DNA from: an uncultured Clostridia bacterium
Lineage (GTDB): Bacteria; Bacillota; Clostridia; Christensenellales; UBA1242
DNA: 64,000 nucleotides
NCBI GenBank assembly: GCA_944372365.1
Contig: CALVYP010000003.1
Span: forward strand, 2,029 to 66,028
Direction: 5' to 3'
In this document: positions 46,814-56,949 of the stretch, one piece after another
Position numbering within the stretch: the stretch's first letter is position 1
Layout of the letters: every line of letters starts with the position of its first letter
The notes under the pieces: generated by a model
The model's database searches: none
What the model was told of the DNA's origin: nothing
Seen by the model: only the letters and a program-made list of their open reading frames with translations
Program-made: the position numbers and the translations under genes

Positions 46814-47581
46814 TTGCAATGTAACCAAAAAAATATATATTTCATAAATAAAAATGTGTTTTTGGATTATCACGGCGCAAAAATATATTTTTCAGTTTGT
46901 GGCGGCAAAAATAAGCCGGTAAACATATTTTTGCACGGCTGGGAACAAAGCGGGGAGTGCTTTAAGCGTATTGTTTCAAATTTGAAGGGATTTAGAAACA
47001 TCTGTATAGATTTTCCTGGGTTTGGTAAAAGCGAGCCGCAAAGCCAATTAAACATGTTTTCATATGTGCAGATGTTGGTGGATTTTTGTCGGCGCAACAA
47101 TATTAAAAAATGCAACATCATCGGCCATTCGTTTGGCGGAAGAGTGGGAATATTGCTTGCCGCGCTTCATAAAGATTTGGTTGAAAGGCTTGTGCTTATC
47201 GGCAGTGCAGGCATCAAACCTAAACGCGGGATGAAATATCATGCCAATGTTTTTTGCTATAAGTTTCTAAAAATTTTGGGCTGCCCGCCAAAAAACACCG
47301 GTTCGTATGATTACAGACAACTAAGTCCAGATATGCGCAAAACTTTTGTAAATATTGTAAACACTCATTTAGAAGAATATTGCACATTGATTCAATCGCC
47401 CACCATGATAATATTTGGCGAAAATGACACGCAAACTCCGCTTTATATGGCAAAAAAACTAAAAAAATTGATTAAAAACTCGCAACTTATAGTTTTAAAG
47501 CATGCGGGGCATTTTTGTTTTATTGAAAGGGAAATCCAAGTTTGCCTCATCTTGCAGCAATTTTTGAAGGAGGGTGCATGA
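46814..47581 (+). CDS. Alpha/beta-fold hydrolase
   Basis: HGW.., nucleophile elbow GHSFGG, C-terminal H. The start codon is uncertain (TTG 46814 or GTG 46856). The stop overlaps the murF ATG. Confidence 0.65.
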   Translation: MQCNQKNIYFINKNVFLDYHGAKIYFSVCGGKNKPVNIFLHGWEQSGECFKRIVSNLKGFRNICIDFPGFGKSEPQSQLNMFSYVQMLVDFCRRNNIKKCNIIGHSFGGRVGILLAALHKDLVERLVLIGSAGIKPKRGMKYHANVFCYKFLKILGCPPKNTGSYDYRQLSPDMRKTFVNIVNTHLEEYCTLIQSPTMIIFGENDTQTPLYMAKKLKKLIKNSQLIVLKHAGHFCFIEREIQVCLILQQFLKEGA

Positions 47582-48996
47582 ACGCTTTTTTGGCAATTTT
47601 ATTTGTCATATTTTTTTATATCATCAGCTATCCGTTTGCAAAAAACTTGCAGCTTTGTGGTTATGATATAAAGCATTTTATCTGCAATTTTTTTAAACTC
47701 CCATATGCATTTTTTGGCAAAACAAGCTTGATTTGGACAAAACGAATTGTAAGATTCGCAATAATGCATTTTGCAATTTTGCTTGCCATCACTTTGCCAT
47801 ATTTTATTCTGATCAGCAATTTTTGGTGGATACTTTTAGGCGTGACATGCGAATTTTTGTTGCTGCCTGCAATATTTATTCTCTCGGCAAGCATAATGCA
47901 GCCGTGTGAAAGTGCGATAAAAAATTTTTACATTAAAAAAGCATGTAAAATTTTAGAAAATTTTAAAGGAATAAAGATTGCAATCACTGGCAGTTTTGGC
48001 AAGACATCAACCAAAAATTTTTTAGCCGAGTTTTTGCGCAAAAAATATAAAGTTTGTGTTACGCCTAAAAATTACAACACCCCAATGGGGCTTTGCAAAA
48101 CAGTGCTTGAAAATTTAAAGGCGGATGACGAAGTTTTAATTATTGAAATGGGGGCGCGGCGTAAAGGCGACATAAAGCAGCTGATGCAAATGGCAAAACC
48201 AAATTTTGGCATTATAACAGCAATCGGCGAACAGCATATGCAAAGCTTTGGCAACCTTGAAAACATAAAAAGCACCAAGTATGAGTTGTGTGAGCATATG
48301 TGCAAAAACGGCAAAGTGATTTTTGATGTAAGCAGCGAGTTTACCGAACAGTTGTTTCAAAAATATAAGGGCGAAAAATATGCGGTTGGTCAGGGCGGAG
48401 ATTGCAGCGTAAAGAATGTGAAATGCTCGCGCAATGGCAGCAGTTTTAAGCTGTGCATTGATGGTGAATGTCACGCCGCTAAAACCAAGATACTTGGCAG
48501 GGCGCTTATCGATGACATCGCGGTTGCAGCTTGCATGGCGCATTTGCTTGGCGTTGAAACAAAAAGCATAGTCAGCACAATAAGCTCGCTTTTGCCAGTT
48601 CCGCACAGGCTGCAACTGCTTGAAAATCCGTTTTGCACAATAATAGATGATAGCTACAACAGCAATTTGCTTGGAGCAAGGCAGGCGTGTGAGTGCTTAA
48701 AACTTTTCAAAGGCAAAAAGATTGTTGTAAGCCCGGGGCTGGTGGAGCAGGGTGATAAGCAATATGAACTCAATTTCAAACTAGGCAAGATGATTGCTGG
48801 CTGTTGTGATGAGTTTGTGATTATGAATGAAGTCAATAAAACCGCTTTAACAAAAGGTGCGCTTGCTGGTGGGCTTAAAAAAGGAAAGTTGCATTATGCC
48901 TATTCGCGCAGCGAGCAAAAACAAATTTTAAAAACTCTGCAAGAAAAATCATGCGTTGTGTTGTTTGAAAATGACCTGCCAGATAATTTTAAGTAG
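47578..48996 (+). CDS. murF: MurF-type Mur ligase with an N-terminal polytopic membrane domain
   Basis: GGAGGG RBS. ~125 hydrophobic residues, then ITGSFGKTST, KNYNTPMG, EMGARRKGDI and DDSYNSN. Followed by ddl. Confidence 0.75.
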   Translation: MNAFLAILFVIFFYIISYPFAKNLQLCGYDIKHFICNFFKLPYAFFGKTSLIWTKRIVRFAIMHFAILLAITLPYFILISNFWWILLGVTCEFLLLPAIFILSASIMQPCESAIKNFYIKKACKILENFKGIKIAITGSFGKTSTKNFLAEFLRKKYKVCVTPKNYNTPMGLCKTVLENLKADDEVLIIEMGARRKGDIKQLMQMAKPNFGIITAIGEQHMQSFGNLENIKSTKYELCEHMCKNGKVIFDVSSEFTEQLFQKYKGEKYAVGQGGDCSVKNVKCSRNGSSFKLCIDGECHAAKTKILGRALIDDIAVAACMAHLLGVETKSIVSTISSLLPVPHRLQLLENPFCTIIDDSYNSNLLGARQACECLKLFKGKKIVVSPGLVEQGDKQYELNFKLGKMIAGCCDEFVIMNEVNKTALTKGALAGGLKKGKLHYAYSRSEQKQILKTLQEKSCVVLFENDLPDNFK

Positions 48997-49005
48997 GAGG
49001 ACGGT

Positions 49006-50088
49006 ATGGAAAAGATTTTAGTTATTTATGGTGGCAAAAGCGTGGAGCATGATATATCAATAATCACCGCGCTGCAAGCGATGCGAGCGATACAAAACGA
49101 TTATGCTCTCTTGCCAATATATGTCGATTGCGACGGCAAATTTTGGACGGGAGAAAACTTGCAAGATTTGAATATTTATGCGGATTTTGAAGCGCTTGTA
49201 AAAAACAAAAGACGCGTAGTGTTCAACTTTGGGCTTTCAAGTGTTACAGTCAAAGGCAGGTTTAAGTCAAAAACCATTGTTCCAACATGTGCACTTGTGT
49301 GCATGCATGGCACCAATGGCGAAGACGGCGTTATAAGTGCGTTGCTTTCAGCATGCGAAATTAAATACACCTGTCCAGATTTTGCAAGCAGCGCTTTGTG
49401 CATGGATAAAGCAATTGCAAAAATTGTGCTTAAAAATTCACTTTTGCCAGTTTTACCGTTTGTGTGCCAAAATCAAATTGATTTAAAACAAATAAAAAAA
49501 TGCCTGACTTTTCCAATAATTGTAAAGCCTGCGCGCTGCGGAAGCAGCATTGGCATAAAAAAATGTGATAATTTAAATCAATTAAAAAGTGCTATAGAAG
49601 TGGCAAAAAAATATGATAATAAACTAGTTTTCGAGCATTTTATTCAAAAAAAGCGAGAATTTAATTGCGCTTGCATTGTTTTTAACAATAAATTTATTTT
49701 AAGCAAAGTGATTGAAATAAAAAGCAAAGGCTGCTATGGCTTTGACGAAAAATATTTGCAACAAAAGCCATCTTCATCGTTTAAGGTTGAAAAAAGCATA
49801 GCAAGCAAGATTAAAACCCTAACAAAAAAAGCCGCCCAAGTTTTGGAATGCGAGGGCGTGATCAGGGTTGATTTTTTGATGGATGAACAGGGCGAAATTT
49901 ACATCAATGAGATAAACACAATTCCCGGTTCGCTTGCTTTCTATCTTTTTGGCAGCATGCGAGAAGTTTGTTGCGAACTTATTGAAGGCTGTCAAACGCG
50001 CGGCCAGAAGGCGATTATAACCAAGCATGCTTCAAACGCGCTGCAAATATTCGCGCAGGCCGATTTGAATAATTATTCAAAAAAGTGA
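49006..50088 (+). CDS. ddl: D-alanine--D-alanine ligase
   Basis: VIYGGKSVEHDISI.., ATP-grasp C-terminus (EINTIPG). Confidence 0.9.
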   Translation: MEKILVIYGGKSVEHDISIITALQAMRAIQNDYALLPIYVDCDGKFWTGENLQDLNIYADFEALVKNKRRVVFNFGLSSVTVKGRFKSKTIVPTCALVCMHGTNGEDGVISALLSACEIKYTCPDFASSALCMDKAIAKIVLKNSLLPVLPFVCQNQIDLKQIKKCLTFPIIVKPARCGSSIGIKKCDNLNQLKSAIEVAKKYDNKLVFEHFIQKKREFNCACIVFNNKFILSKVIEIKSKGCYGFDEKYLQQKPSSSFKVEKSIASKIKTLTKKAAQVLECEGVIRVDFLMDEQGEIYINEINTIPGSLAFYLFGSMREVCCELIEGCQTRGQKAIITKHASNALQIFAQADLNNYSKK

Positions 50089-50092
50089 ATAA

Positions 50093-51037
50093 TTATTTCA
50101 CCAAAAATTCCCAGAGCAGTGATGTTTTAGGCACGACAGATTTTTTAAGCGAAGCGCATTTGTCAAGGGCAGCAATAAAGTGCATGCTTTGTTTTGATGG
50201 TGGCGCTTTTAAAAGCATCGGCTTAAAGTAGGTGTTGTAAAGCATGACTTCATATTTTATCGATGTGTTTAGAAAATAGTCGCTGTTAAGTTTGTAGGGC
50301 TTTATGTTTTGTTTTTCGCCTTTTCTTACCTTTTGCCAAGATTCAAAGCTTTGCTCCACGGTGTATGAGCGCGCTTGACAATCGCGAAAGCATCGGCGCA
50401 TCATTCTAATTTCCTGCGCGGTTAAAATGCGTTTGCCTGCAAAATATAAATCATCATATGGGCATAGATAAACTTTATATCCAATTTGATTGTGCTCGGC
50501 AATTACAAGTGGATTTAGTGCATGAATTCCTTCCACAATCAAAATGCTTTTTTTGCCAAGGGTTTTGGGCTCAAACTCACTTTTTCGCTGATTGAGTTGC
50601 ATGTCAAACACCGGAGATTGTGACGAACCAGTGTAGATGAGTTCGTCAATCACTTTGTCGATCAGCGGAATGTCAAGGGCAAACACCGATTCATAATCAA
50701 CTTTTCCGTCGCTTAAAATCACTCGTCTGTTGTGCGGCAGCAAAAAATCATCAAGCGAAAGAAGCTGGCTTGCAACACCGCGCTGACGCAGCTTTTGGCT
50801 GATAAGCTTTGCAGATGTGGTTTTGCCTGCTGATGAAGGACCAGCTAAAAAAAGTATGCGCTTTTGTTGAGAGAGCATGTCACTGATAAGCTCATCAACT
50901 TGATTGTAATAAAAATTTTCGCACTCTTGAATAAGCGCGGCGCTGTTGCCTTCATCAACCATTTTGTTTAGCTGTTCCAAATCCACTCGCTGGTGGAGAA
51001 TTTTGTTGTCTAAAACTATAAAATCTTTGCGTTTCAT
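50093..51037 (-). CDS. P-loop nucleoside (uridine-type) kinase family protein
   Basis: LAGPSSAGKTT Walker A, LSLDDF, IVEGIHALNP. Confidence 0.5.
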   Translation of the reverse strand: MKRKDFIVLDNKILHQRVDLEQLNKMVDEGNSAALIQECENFYYNQVDELISDMLSQQKRILFLAGPSSAGKTTSAKLISQKLRQRGVASQLLSLDDFLLPHNRRVILSDGKVDYESVFALDIPLIDKVIDELIYTGSSQSPVFDMQLNQRKSEFEPKTLGKKSILIVEGIHALNPLVIAEHNQIGYKVYLCPYDDLYFAGKRILTAQEIRMMRRCFRDCQARSYTVEQSFESWQKVRKGEKQNIKPYKLNSDYFLNTSIKYEVMLYNTYFKPMLLKAPPSKQSMHFIAALDKCASLKKSVVPKTSLLWEFLVK

Positions 51038-51157
51038 AATAGTAATTATATCATATTCATTTATGTAAAAAAAATTATTTTGTCAAAAAAACAATATTTT
51101 TAGCGCCTTGCACTTTTTTGCGCTTTACAGAATTAGTATATATAAAAGGAGAGAAGC

Positions 51158-52633
51158 ATGAAACTTAAAGATATTGTGCATTTTTCAAATTTAGATGATC
51201 TTCCAGCAATAATTTTAGAAAAAGATGTTAAAAACATATGCATTGATGCAAACAAAGTGCAAAAAGGCGATGTTTTTTTGCAATTAAAGGATGATGAGGG
51301 CGCGCAATTTAATATGAGAAAAGCGCTTGAGAGGGGTGCAGAATTTGTTTTGGCCGCAAATGACTATGCAATAAAAAATTGTTATGCAATAAGAAATCCG
51401 CGGCGAGCATTTGCAGTTATGGAAAAAAAGTTGCATGGCTCGGCATGTGATAAGATGAAAATTATCGGCGTCACCGGCACAAATGGAAAAACCACAACCA
51501 CAAATTTGATTTATGACATCTTGCGTGGAGCGGGAAAAAAAGTTGGGCTTATTGGCACGCTTGGCGCAAAGGTTGACGGAGATTTTATCGACACAGGCTT
51601 CACAACCCCGGACCCTGACGTTCTGCATGAAATCTTTCAAAAAATGCAAAATCAAGGTGTGGAATATGTGGTTATGGAAGCTTCTGCGCATGCGTTGGCT
51701 CTTGAAAAGCTGGAAGGAATAAAGTTTGATGTTGCCGTGCTTACAAACATAACGCAAGATCATTTAGATTTTTTTGGCAGCATGCAAAATTATGAAAAAG
51801 CAAAATTTAAATTGTTTTCACTTTTGCGCAGCCGGCTTGGAGTGGTGTGTGCAGACGGGGTGGATATGGACAAATTTTGCAAATTTTGTCAAGTGCCGTT
51901 TATTTCCTACGGCATTTCAAGCCCAAGCGATGTTTTTGCAATTGACATCAAACAAAGCCTAGACGGCAGCCGATTTATTTGCAACTGCAACGATGATGTT
52001 ATGATTGCATCTTGCCCGCTGCCTGGTGAATTTAATGTGCAAAATGCGTTGGCAGCGATTGCAACATGCTCGGCGCTTGGAATTGATAAGCAAACAATTT
52101 TGAGAGAGTTGAAATATGCGCCTATGGTGGAAGGGCGGTTTAATGTGATAAGCCAAAACCATAAGCGCGTTGTGATTGATTTTGCTCACACACCAGACGG
52201 CTTAGAAAAGATAATTAAAAATGTTCGCACGCTTACAAAAGCAAGGTTGATCACAGTTTTTGGCTGCGGTGGAAATCGCGACAAAACCAAACGGCCAATC
52301 ATGGGCAAGATCGCCTCATCATTAAGCGATATTGTTGTGCTTACAAGTGATAATCCGCGTTTTGAAGAGCCTATGGATATTATCGACGACATCATCCAAG
52401 GCGTTGACGGGCAAAACTTTTTTGTTCAGCCCGACAGAGCAAAGGCAATTGCGTTTGCGCTTGATTTGGCGGCACAAGACGATGTGGTTATCATCGCCGG
52501 CAAGGGCGCGGAAAAATATCAAGATGTCAAAGGTGAAAAACGAGCCTATGACGATTACAGCCAAGTTTATGATTATTTTAGAAACCATCTGACAGTGGTT
52601 GAAGGGGTTAAAACAAGTGAGTTTAAGCGTTAA
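51158..52633 (+). CDS. murE: UDP-MurNAc-L-Ala-D-Glu--2,6-diaminopimelate ligase
   Basis: GVTGTNGKTTT, and the DNPR motif (TSDNPRFEEP) that indicates meso-DAP specificity. Confidence 0.92.
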   Translation: MKLKDIVHFSNLDDLPAIILEKDVKNICIDANKVQKGDVFLQLKDDEGAQFNMRKALERGAEFVLAANDYAIKNCYAIRNPRRAFAVMEKKLHGSACDKMKIIGVTGTNGKTTTTNLIYDILRGAGKKVGLIGTLGAKVDGDFIDTGFTTPDPDVLHEIFQKMQNQGVEYVVMEASAHALALEKLEGIKFDVAVLTNITQDHLDFFGSMQNYEKAKFKLFSLLRSRLGVVCADGVDMDKFCKFCQVPFISYGISSPSDVFAIDIKQSLDGSRFICNCNDDVMIASCPLPGEFNVQNALAAIATCSALGIDKQTILRELKYAPMVEGRFNVISQNHKRVVIDFAHTPDGLEKIIKNVRTLTKARLITVFGCGGNRDKTKRPIMGKIASSLSDIVVLTSDNPRFEEPMDIIDDIIQGVDGQNFFVQPDRAKAIAFALDLAAQDDVVIIAGKGAEKYQDVKGEKRAYDDYSQVYDYFRNHLTVVEGVKTSEFKR

Positions 52634-53582
52634 AATCATAATAATTTTTTGTTTAGCAGCGGTTTTGGGTGTAATTTTAATCAAACCTGCGCTTTTTGTG
52701 TGTAAAAAACTTAAAGCCGAGCAAACAATTTTGCATTATGTTGAAAAACACTCCATTAAAAAAGGCACGCCAACAATGGGCGGTGTGATTTTTATTTTTG
52801 CATCAATTTTGGCGTGCGGTGTGTTTTTGTGGCAGCATAGTTTGTATGCATGGCTTGCAATTTTGGTTATGGTGGCTTTTGGGCTGCTGGGCTTTTTAGA
52901 TGATTTCATCAAAATTCATTTTCATCAAAATCAAGGCTTAAAACCTTATCAAAAAATTATTGGACAAGCCGCTATCGCACTGATAATTGCATTTTTCATC
53001 TACTATAAACTCGGTGGCAACTTGCAATTTTTTGGGCTTAATTTAAACATCGGTTGGGGGATTATTCCTTTTGCAACGCTGGTGTTTTTGGCAACCGTAA
53101 ATGCGGTAAACTTAACCGACGGGCTTGATGGACTTGCTGGTGGCGTGAGCTTTGTGTATCTAATGTTTTTTGGTGCGATTGTGGCACTTATAGGCAATCC
53201 GGAGATGGACATGCTGTCGCTTGCTTCGTTTGCCGTATGCGGTGGACTGCTTGCATTCTTGTGCGCAAACACCTTTCCAGCCAAAGTATTTATGGGCGAC
53301 ACTGGCTCGCTTGCGCTTGGCGGATTTATTGCATGCGTAGGGCTTTTTTCAGGCAGGGCGCTGCTTATTCCAATCATGGGGCTGATGTTTGTGCTGTCGG
53401 CGCTGAGTGACATAATTCAAGTGGCATACTACAAAAAAACCAAAAAGCGAGTGTTTTTGATGGCGCCGCTTCATCATCATTTTGAAAAAAAGGGGGTGCA
53501 TGAAAACCGTATAGTCACAATATATATATTTGTGACAAGCCTTCTTAGCGCGGTTTGTCTGTGTTTAGAAATCGCATTGTAG
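52617..53582 (+). CDS. mraY: Phospho-N-acetylmuramoyl-pentapeptide transferase
   Basis: KKGTPTMGG, NAVNLTDGLDGLA, MGDTGSLALGG. The start is uncertain (GTG 52617 or TTG 52599). Confidence 0.93.
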   Translation: MSLSVKIIIIFCLAAVLGVILIKPALFVCKKLKAEQTILHYVEKHSIKKGTPTMGGVIFIFASILACGVFLWQHSLYAWLAILVMVAFGLLGFLDDFIKIHFHQNQGLKPYQKIIGQAAIALIIAFFIYYKLGGNLQFFGLNLNIGWGIIPFATLVFLATVNAVNLTDGLDGLAGGVSFVYLMFFGAIVALIGNPEMDMLSLASFAVCGGLLAFLCANTFPAKVFMGDTGSLALGGFIACVGLFSGRALLIPIMGLMFVLSALSDIIQVAYYKKTKKRVFLMAPLHHHFEKKGVHENRIVTIYIFVTSLLSAVCLCLEIAL

Positions 53583-53590
53583 AGGGAGAT

Positions 53591-54889
53591 ATGAACAAAA
53601 AAATCAAAGGCAAAAAAGTTTTGGTTTACGGGCTTGGTGGAAGTGGGCAAGCGGCGTGCAAACTTTTGCATGCATTTGGCGCTTGTGTGAGCGTTTATGA
53701 CGATGACAAAAAGTTTCGCAATCTTTTTTGCTATGTTGACCAGCCGCTTTTGCATAAATACGATTTGGTTGTTGTAAGCCCAGGTGTCAAGGTTGTTGGA
53801 AACTCGCTTATCTCTGCGCTGAGAGAGCAAAAGGCAAACATCATCAGCGAAATAGATCTTGGCAGCATATTTTCGCTTGGCAAACTTATTGCAATCACTG
53901 GAACAAACGGCAAAACCACCACTTGTGCGCTGTTAGGTAAAATTTTTGACGAGGCTGGCAAGAAAAATTTTGTTTGTGGAAACATCGGCTTGCCAATAAG
54001 TTCGATTGCGCTTAAAACCGATAAAAAAAGTTTTGTAATTTGTGAAACATCCAATTTTCAGCTTGAACTTTCCAAGCTGTTTTCTCCGCAGATCGCCTGT
54101 GCGCTTAATATTCAGCCCGACCACTTGGATAGGCATGGAAGCTTTGATGAATATAAGCGCGTGAAGGCAAAGATCTTTCAAAATTTTAAAGCGTTAAAGA
54201 GTGCCGTCATCAATTTGGACGACGATGGCTCAAGAGATATCGCGCCTCAAAAAAAGAGCGTTTTTTATTCTTTTAATCCTCTAAAAAAGGGTGTTTGCGT
54301 TAAAAATGGCAGCATTTATAGCGGGAAAACGCGCATAATTTCGTTGGATGAAATTCCGCTTATAGGCTCTAAAAACATTTCCAATGTTATGGCGGCAGTC
54401 GCCATCGCGCTGCTTTGCAAAATCAAGCCGCGCTGCATTCGAAGCGCAATAGCCTCGTTTGTTCCGCCTGCGCATAGACTGCAATTTGTGACAGAAAAAA
54501 ACGGCGTGATTTTTATAGACGATTCAAAATCAACCAACATTTCATGTGTGGAAATGGCTCTTGACAGCATAAAATCAAAAAACATAATTTTAATGCTAGG
54601 CGGGCAGAATAAGGGATTAAATTTTGAAAAATTGTTTGCTGCAAAGCCGCAAATAAAAGGCGTGATCTGTTTTGGTGAAGCGGCAAGTGAAATTGATGAA
54701 GTCGCCAAACGATATGGTTACGACAGCCATAGTTTTGCAACGCTGAAAGAGGCAACTTATTTTGCAAAAAGTGCGGCGCAGAGTGGCGACACTGTGCTTT
54801 TAAGCCCTGGATGCACAAGTTTTGATGAATTTGCTTCCTACGCGGTTAGGGGGCAGATATTTGCGGAGATTGTAAGCAGTGAAAGTTAA
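53591..54889 (+). CDS. murD: UDP-N-acetylmuramoylalanine--D-glutamate ligase
   Basis: GLGGSGQA, ITGTNGKTTT. RBS GAGGGAG. The track start at 53555 is over-extended. Confidence 0.92.
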   Translation: MNKKIKGKKVLVYGLGGSGQAACKLLHAFGACVSVYDDDKKFRNLFCYVDQPLLHKYDLVVVSPGVKVVGNSLISALREQKANIISEIDLGSIFSLGKLIAITGTNGKTTTCALLGKIFDEAGKKNFVCGNIGLPISSIALKTDKKSFVICETSNFQLELSKLFSPQIACALNIQPDHLDRHGSFDEYKRVKAKIFQNFKALKSAVINLDDDGSRDIAPQKKSVFYSFNPLKKGVCVKNGSIYSGKTRIISLDEIPLIGSKNISNVMAAVAIALLCKIKPRCIRSAIASFVPPAHRLQFVTEKNGVIFIDDSKSTNISCVEMALDSIKSKNIILMLGGQNKGLNFEKLFAAKPQIKGVICFGEAASEIDEVAKRYGYDSHSFATLKEATYFAKSAAQSGDTVLLSPGCTSFDEFASYAVRGQIFAEIVSSES

Positions 54890-55979
54890 AACCAACCTAT
54901 GTTTAATTGTTTGTCTGATTTTTGGGCTGACTGCTTTTGGCGCGCTTATGGTTTATTCTGCAAGCAGTTATTCGGCGGCGTATCACTTTGGCAATGAGTA
55001 CTTTTTTCTTTACAAACAAATTTTTGGCATAGTGCTTGGCGCGGCACTGATGATTTTGCTTTGCTTTTACGACTATCACAAACTTAAAAAATTTAAGTGG
55101 GCTTTTGTGATTGCCACCATAGTTATGCTTGTGCTTGTGTTTATTCCTGGGGTGGGAAGCGAAAGTTACGGCGCAAAAAGGTGGCTTTCAATTTTTGGGT
55201 TTTCCATTCAGCCTTCCGAACTTGCGAAGTTTGCGCTGGTGATCTTTTGTGCGGCATATTTAAGTGAAAATCACCAAAAAATTAAATCCTTTAAAACGCT
55301 TCTGCCTGTTTTAGCGGTGGCAGGAGTGTTTTGCCTGCTTGTGATTTTAGAGCCGTCAATGTCGGTGACGATGTGCCTTGCGTTTATCACGCTTTTTATG
55401 CTGATAATCGGCGGTATAAGCAAAAAGCACACAATCATGTTTTCAATTCCAGCGGCAGCCGCTGTGCCAGTTTTGATTGCGCTTGAACCATATCGCCTTA
55501 AACGCTTGTTTGCATTCATCAATCCATGGGCGTCACCACAAGGCGAGGGGTTTCAACTTATTCAATCGCTCTATTCACTTGGTTCTGGTGGTTGGTTTGG
55601 GGTTGGGCTTTTTAATTCTCGGCAAAAATACCTTTTTCTGCCATTTGCCGAAAGCGACTTTATTTTTTCAGTGATAGGCGAAGAGATTGGATTGATTGGC
55701 TGCTTGATTTTGATGCTTGCCTTTGTGGCACTTATTTTCTTGCTGATTAAAATTGCGCTAAATGCGCCAGATCGCTTTGGTGCGATGCTTGCAAGCGGCA
55801 TAGCGTTTATCATCGCCATTCAAACAATTTTAAATATCGCCGTAGTGACGGGCTCAATCCCACCAACAGGATTGCCTTTGCCGTTTATCTCTGCTGGTTC
55901 AACAAGTTTGCTTGTTTTTATGAGTGCAATAGGTGTTGTTCTTAATGTAGACAGGCAGAGTAGGAAAAATAAAATTTAA
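54879..55979 (+). CDS. ftsW: SEDS-family FtsW/SpoVE peptidoglycan polymerase
   Basis: 10-TM protein with motifs ..SIQPSELAKF.., ..PFAESDFIFSVIGEE.., ..PPTGLPLPFIS.G. Confidence 0.9.
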   Translation: MKVKTNLCLIVCLIFGLTAFGALMVYSASSYSAAYHFGNEYFFLYKQIFGIVLGAALMILLCFYDYHKLKKFKWAFVIATIVMLVLVFIPGVGSESYGAKRWLSIFGFSIQPSELAKFALVIFCAAYLSENHQKIKSFKTLLPVLAVAGVFCLLVILEPSMSVTMCLAFITLFMLIIGGISKKHTIMFSIPAAAAVPVLIALEPYRLKRLFAFINPWASPQGEGFQLIQSLYSLGSGGWFGVGLFNSRQKYLFLPFAESDFIFSVIGEEIGLIGCLILMLAFVALIFLLIKIALNAPDRFGAMLASGIAFIIAIQTILNIAVVTGSIPPTGLPLPFISAGSTSLLVFMSAIGVVLNVDRQSRKNKI

Positions 55980-55993
55980 AAATTTTAATGTAA

Positions 55994-56031
55994 ATGTATA
56001 CAAATTGCAATCAAAGTGTATACATTTTTTT
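55994..56031 (+). terminator. Terminator right after ftsW (inside the AT-rich insert)
   Basis: ATGTATACA-14 nt-TGTATACAT stem followed by T7. Confidence 0.7.
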
Positions 56032-56076
56032 ATTTGTGTTGTATAATCATAAATAAGTTTAATGGAGGAAAGGGAA

Positions 56077-56778
56077 ATGTATTTATTGCTTTGTAGTGAT
56101 TTTTTACACATAGGTTTAAATTATACTAAGCATTTTTTCAAAGAAAAATCACTCACTTGTTTATTTATTTCGTATGCTTTAGAGAATGATGAATCTTATA
56201 TTAACGCAAATAAACAAGCATTGAAAAATAGTCTTAATATAGAAAAATTTATTGATTTGACTGCAAACTATACTTTTAATGATAAAATAGATCTTATTTT
56301 TGTTAACGGAGGAAACCCAAACTTACTTTTGGAAAGATTACACAAATACAATCAATTTAAAAGAATTAAGGAATTGGTTGCATCTGGGGTTTTGTATATT
56401 GGGGAAAGTGCGGGAGCAATAATTGCTGGAGACTATCAACCACATAATTTATTTTTAAACATAGAAAAAGATATGAATTTAATTAAACATTATGGAAATA
56501 AATTTTATGATGGATTTAGATTTTTAAATAATTTTATTGCGCCACATGCAAGTAAATTAAAAGTAGTAAAATTGGGTAATGAATTTGCAAGAGAATTTTA
56601 TAAAACTAAAAGTGGATCAAATAAATATTCGAGATATTTAAACGGCATAAAGCAATTAAAAAAACATAAATACAAGTATACTACTCTAGGAAATAATGAG
56701 GTTTTGCTTGTGTTAAACAACAAAGAAATAAAAAGAACTTATAATTGGAGTAAATTCCCTATTTTAGAAGTTAAATAA
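56077..56778 (+). CDS. Peptidase S51 (dipeptidase E)-like protein
   Basis: GGAGG RBS. The ..IFVNGGNPNLLLERL...VLYIGESAGAIIAG.. pattern is typical of S51. Strongly AT-rich. Confidence 0.55.
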   Translation: MYLLLCSDFLHIGLNYTKHFFKEKSLTCLFISYALENDESYINANKQALKNSLNIEKFIDLTANYTFNDKIDLIFVNGGNPNLLLERLHKYNQFKRIKELVASGVLYIGESAGAIIAGDYQPHNLFLNIEKDMNLIKHYGNKFYDGFRFLNNFIAPHASKLKVVKLGNEFAREFYKTKSGSNKYSRYLNGIKQLKKHKYKYTTLGNNEVLLVLNNKEIKRTYNWSKFPILEVK

Positions 56779-56820
56779 TGTTTGTATTTCAAATCCATAG
56801 TGCAATAACTGATGTTAAGG

Positions 56821-56949
56821 GGTTCAATTCCGCCAACGGGCTTGCCTCTTCCTTTCATTTCCAGCGGCGGCACATCGGTTATGATGTTTATGGCAGGCAT
56901 TGGAATTTGCTTGAATGTGCTTAGACAGAGTAAATCAAAAATCAAATAA
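56821..56949 (+). pseudogene. Orphan 3' fragment of an ftsW/spoVE-type gene (42 codons plus stop)
   Basis: Reads GSIPPTGLPLPFISSGGTSVMMFMAGIGICLNVLRQSKSKIK*, against the C-terminus of the intact gene GSIPPTGLPLPFISAGSTSLLVFMSAIGVVLNVDRQSRKNKI*. An in-frame TAA lies five codons upstream. Confidence 0.7.

Noticed and set aside
56812-56949. Possible 45-codon ORF starting at ATG 56812 and covering the orphan ftsW 3' fragment.
   Set aside because: There is no RBS. The ATG is only three codons upstream of where the homology starts. The fragment is better explained as a non-functional remnant.
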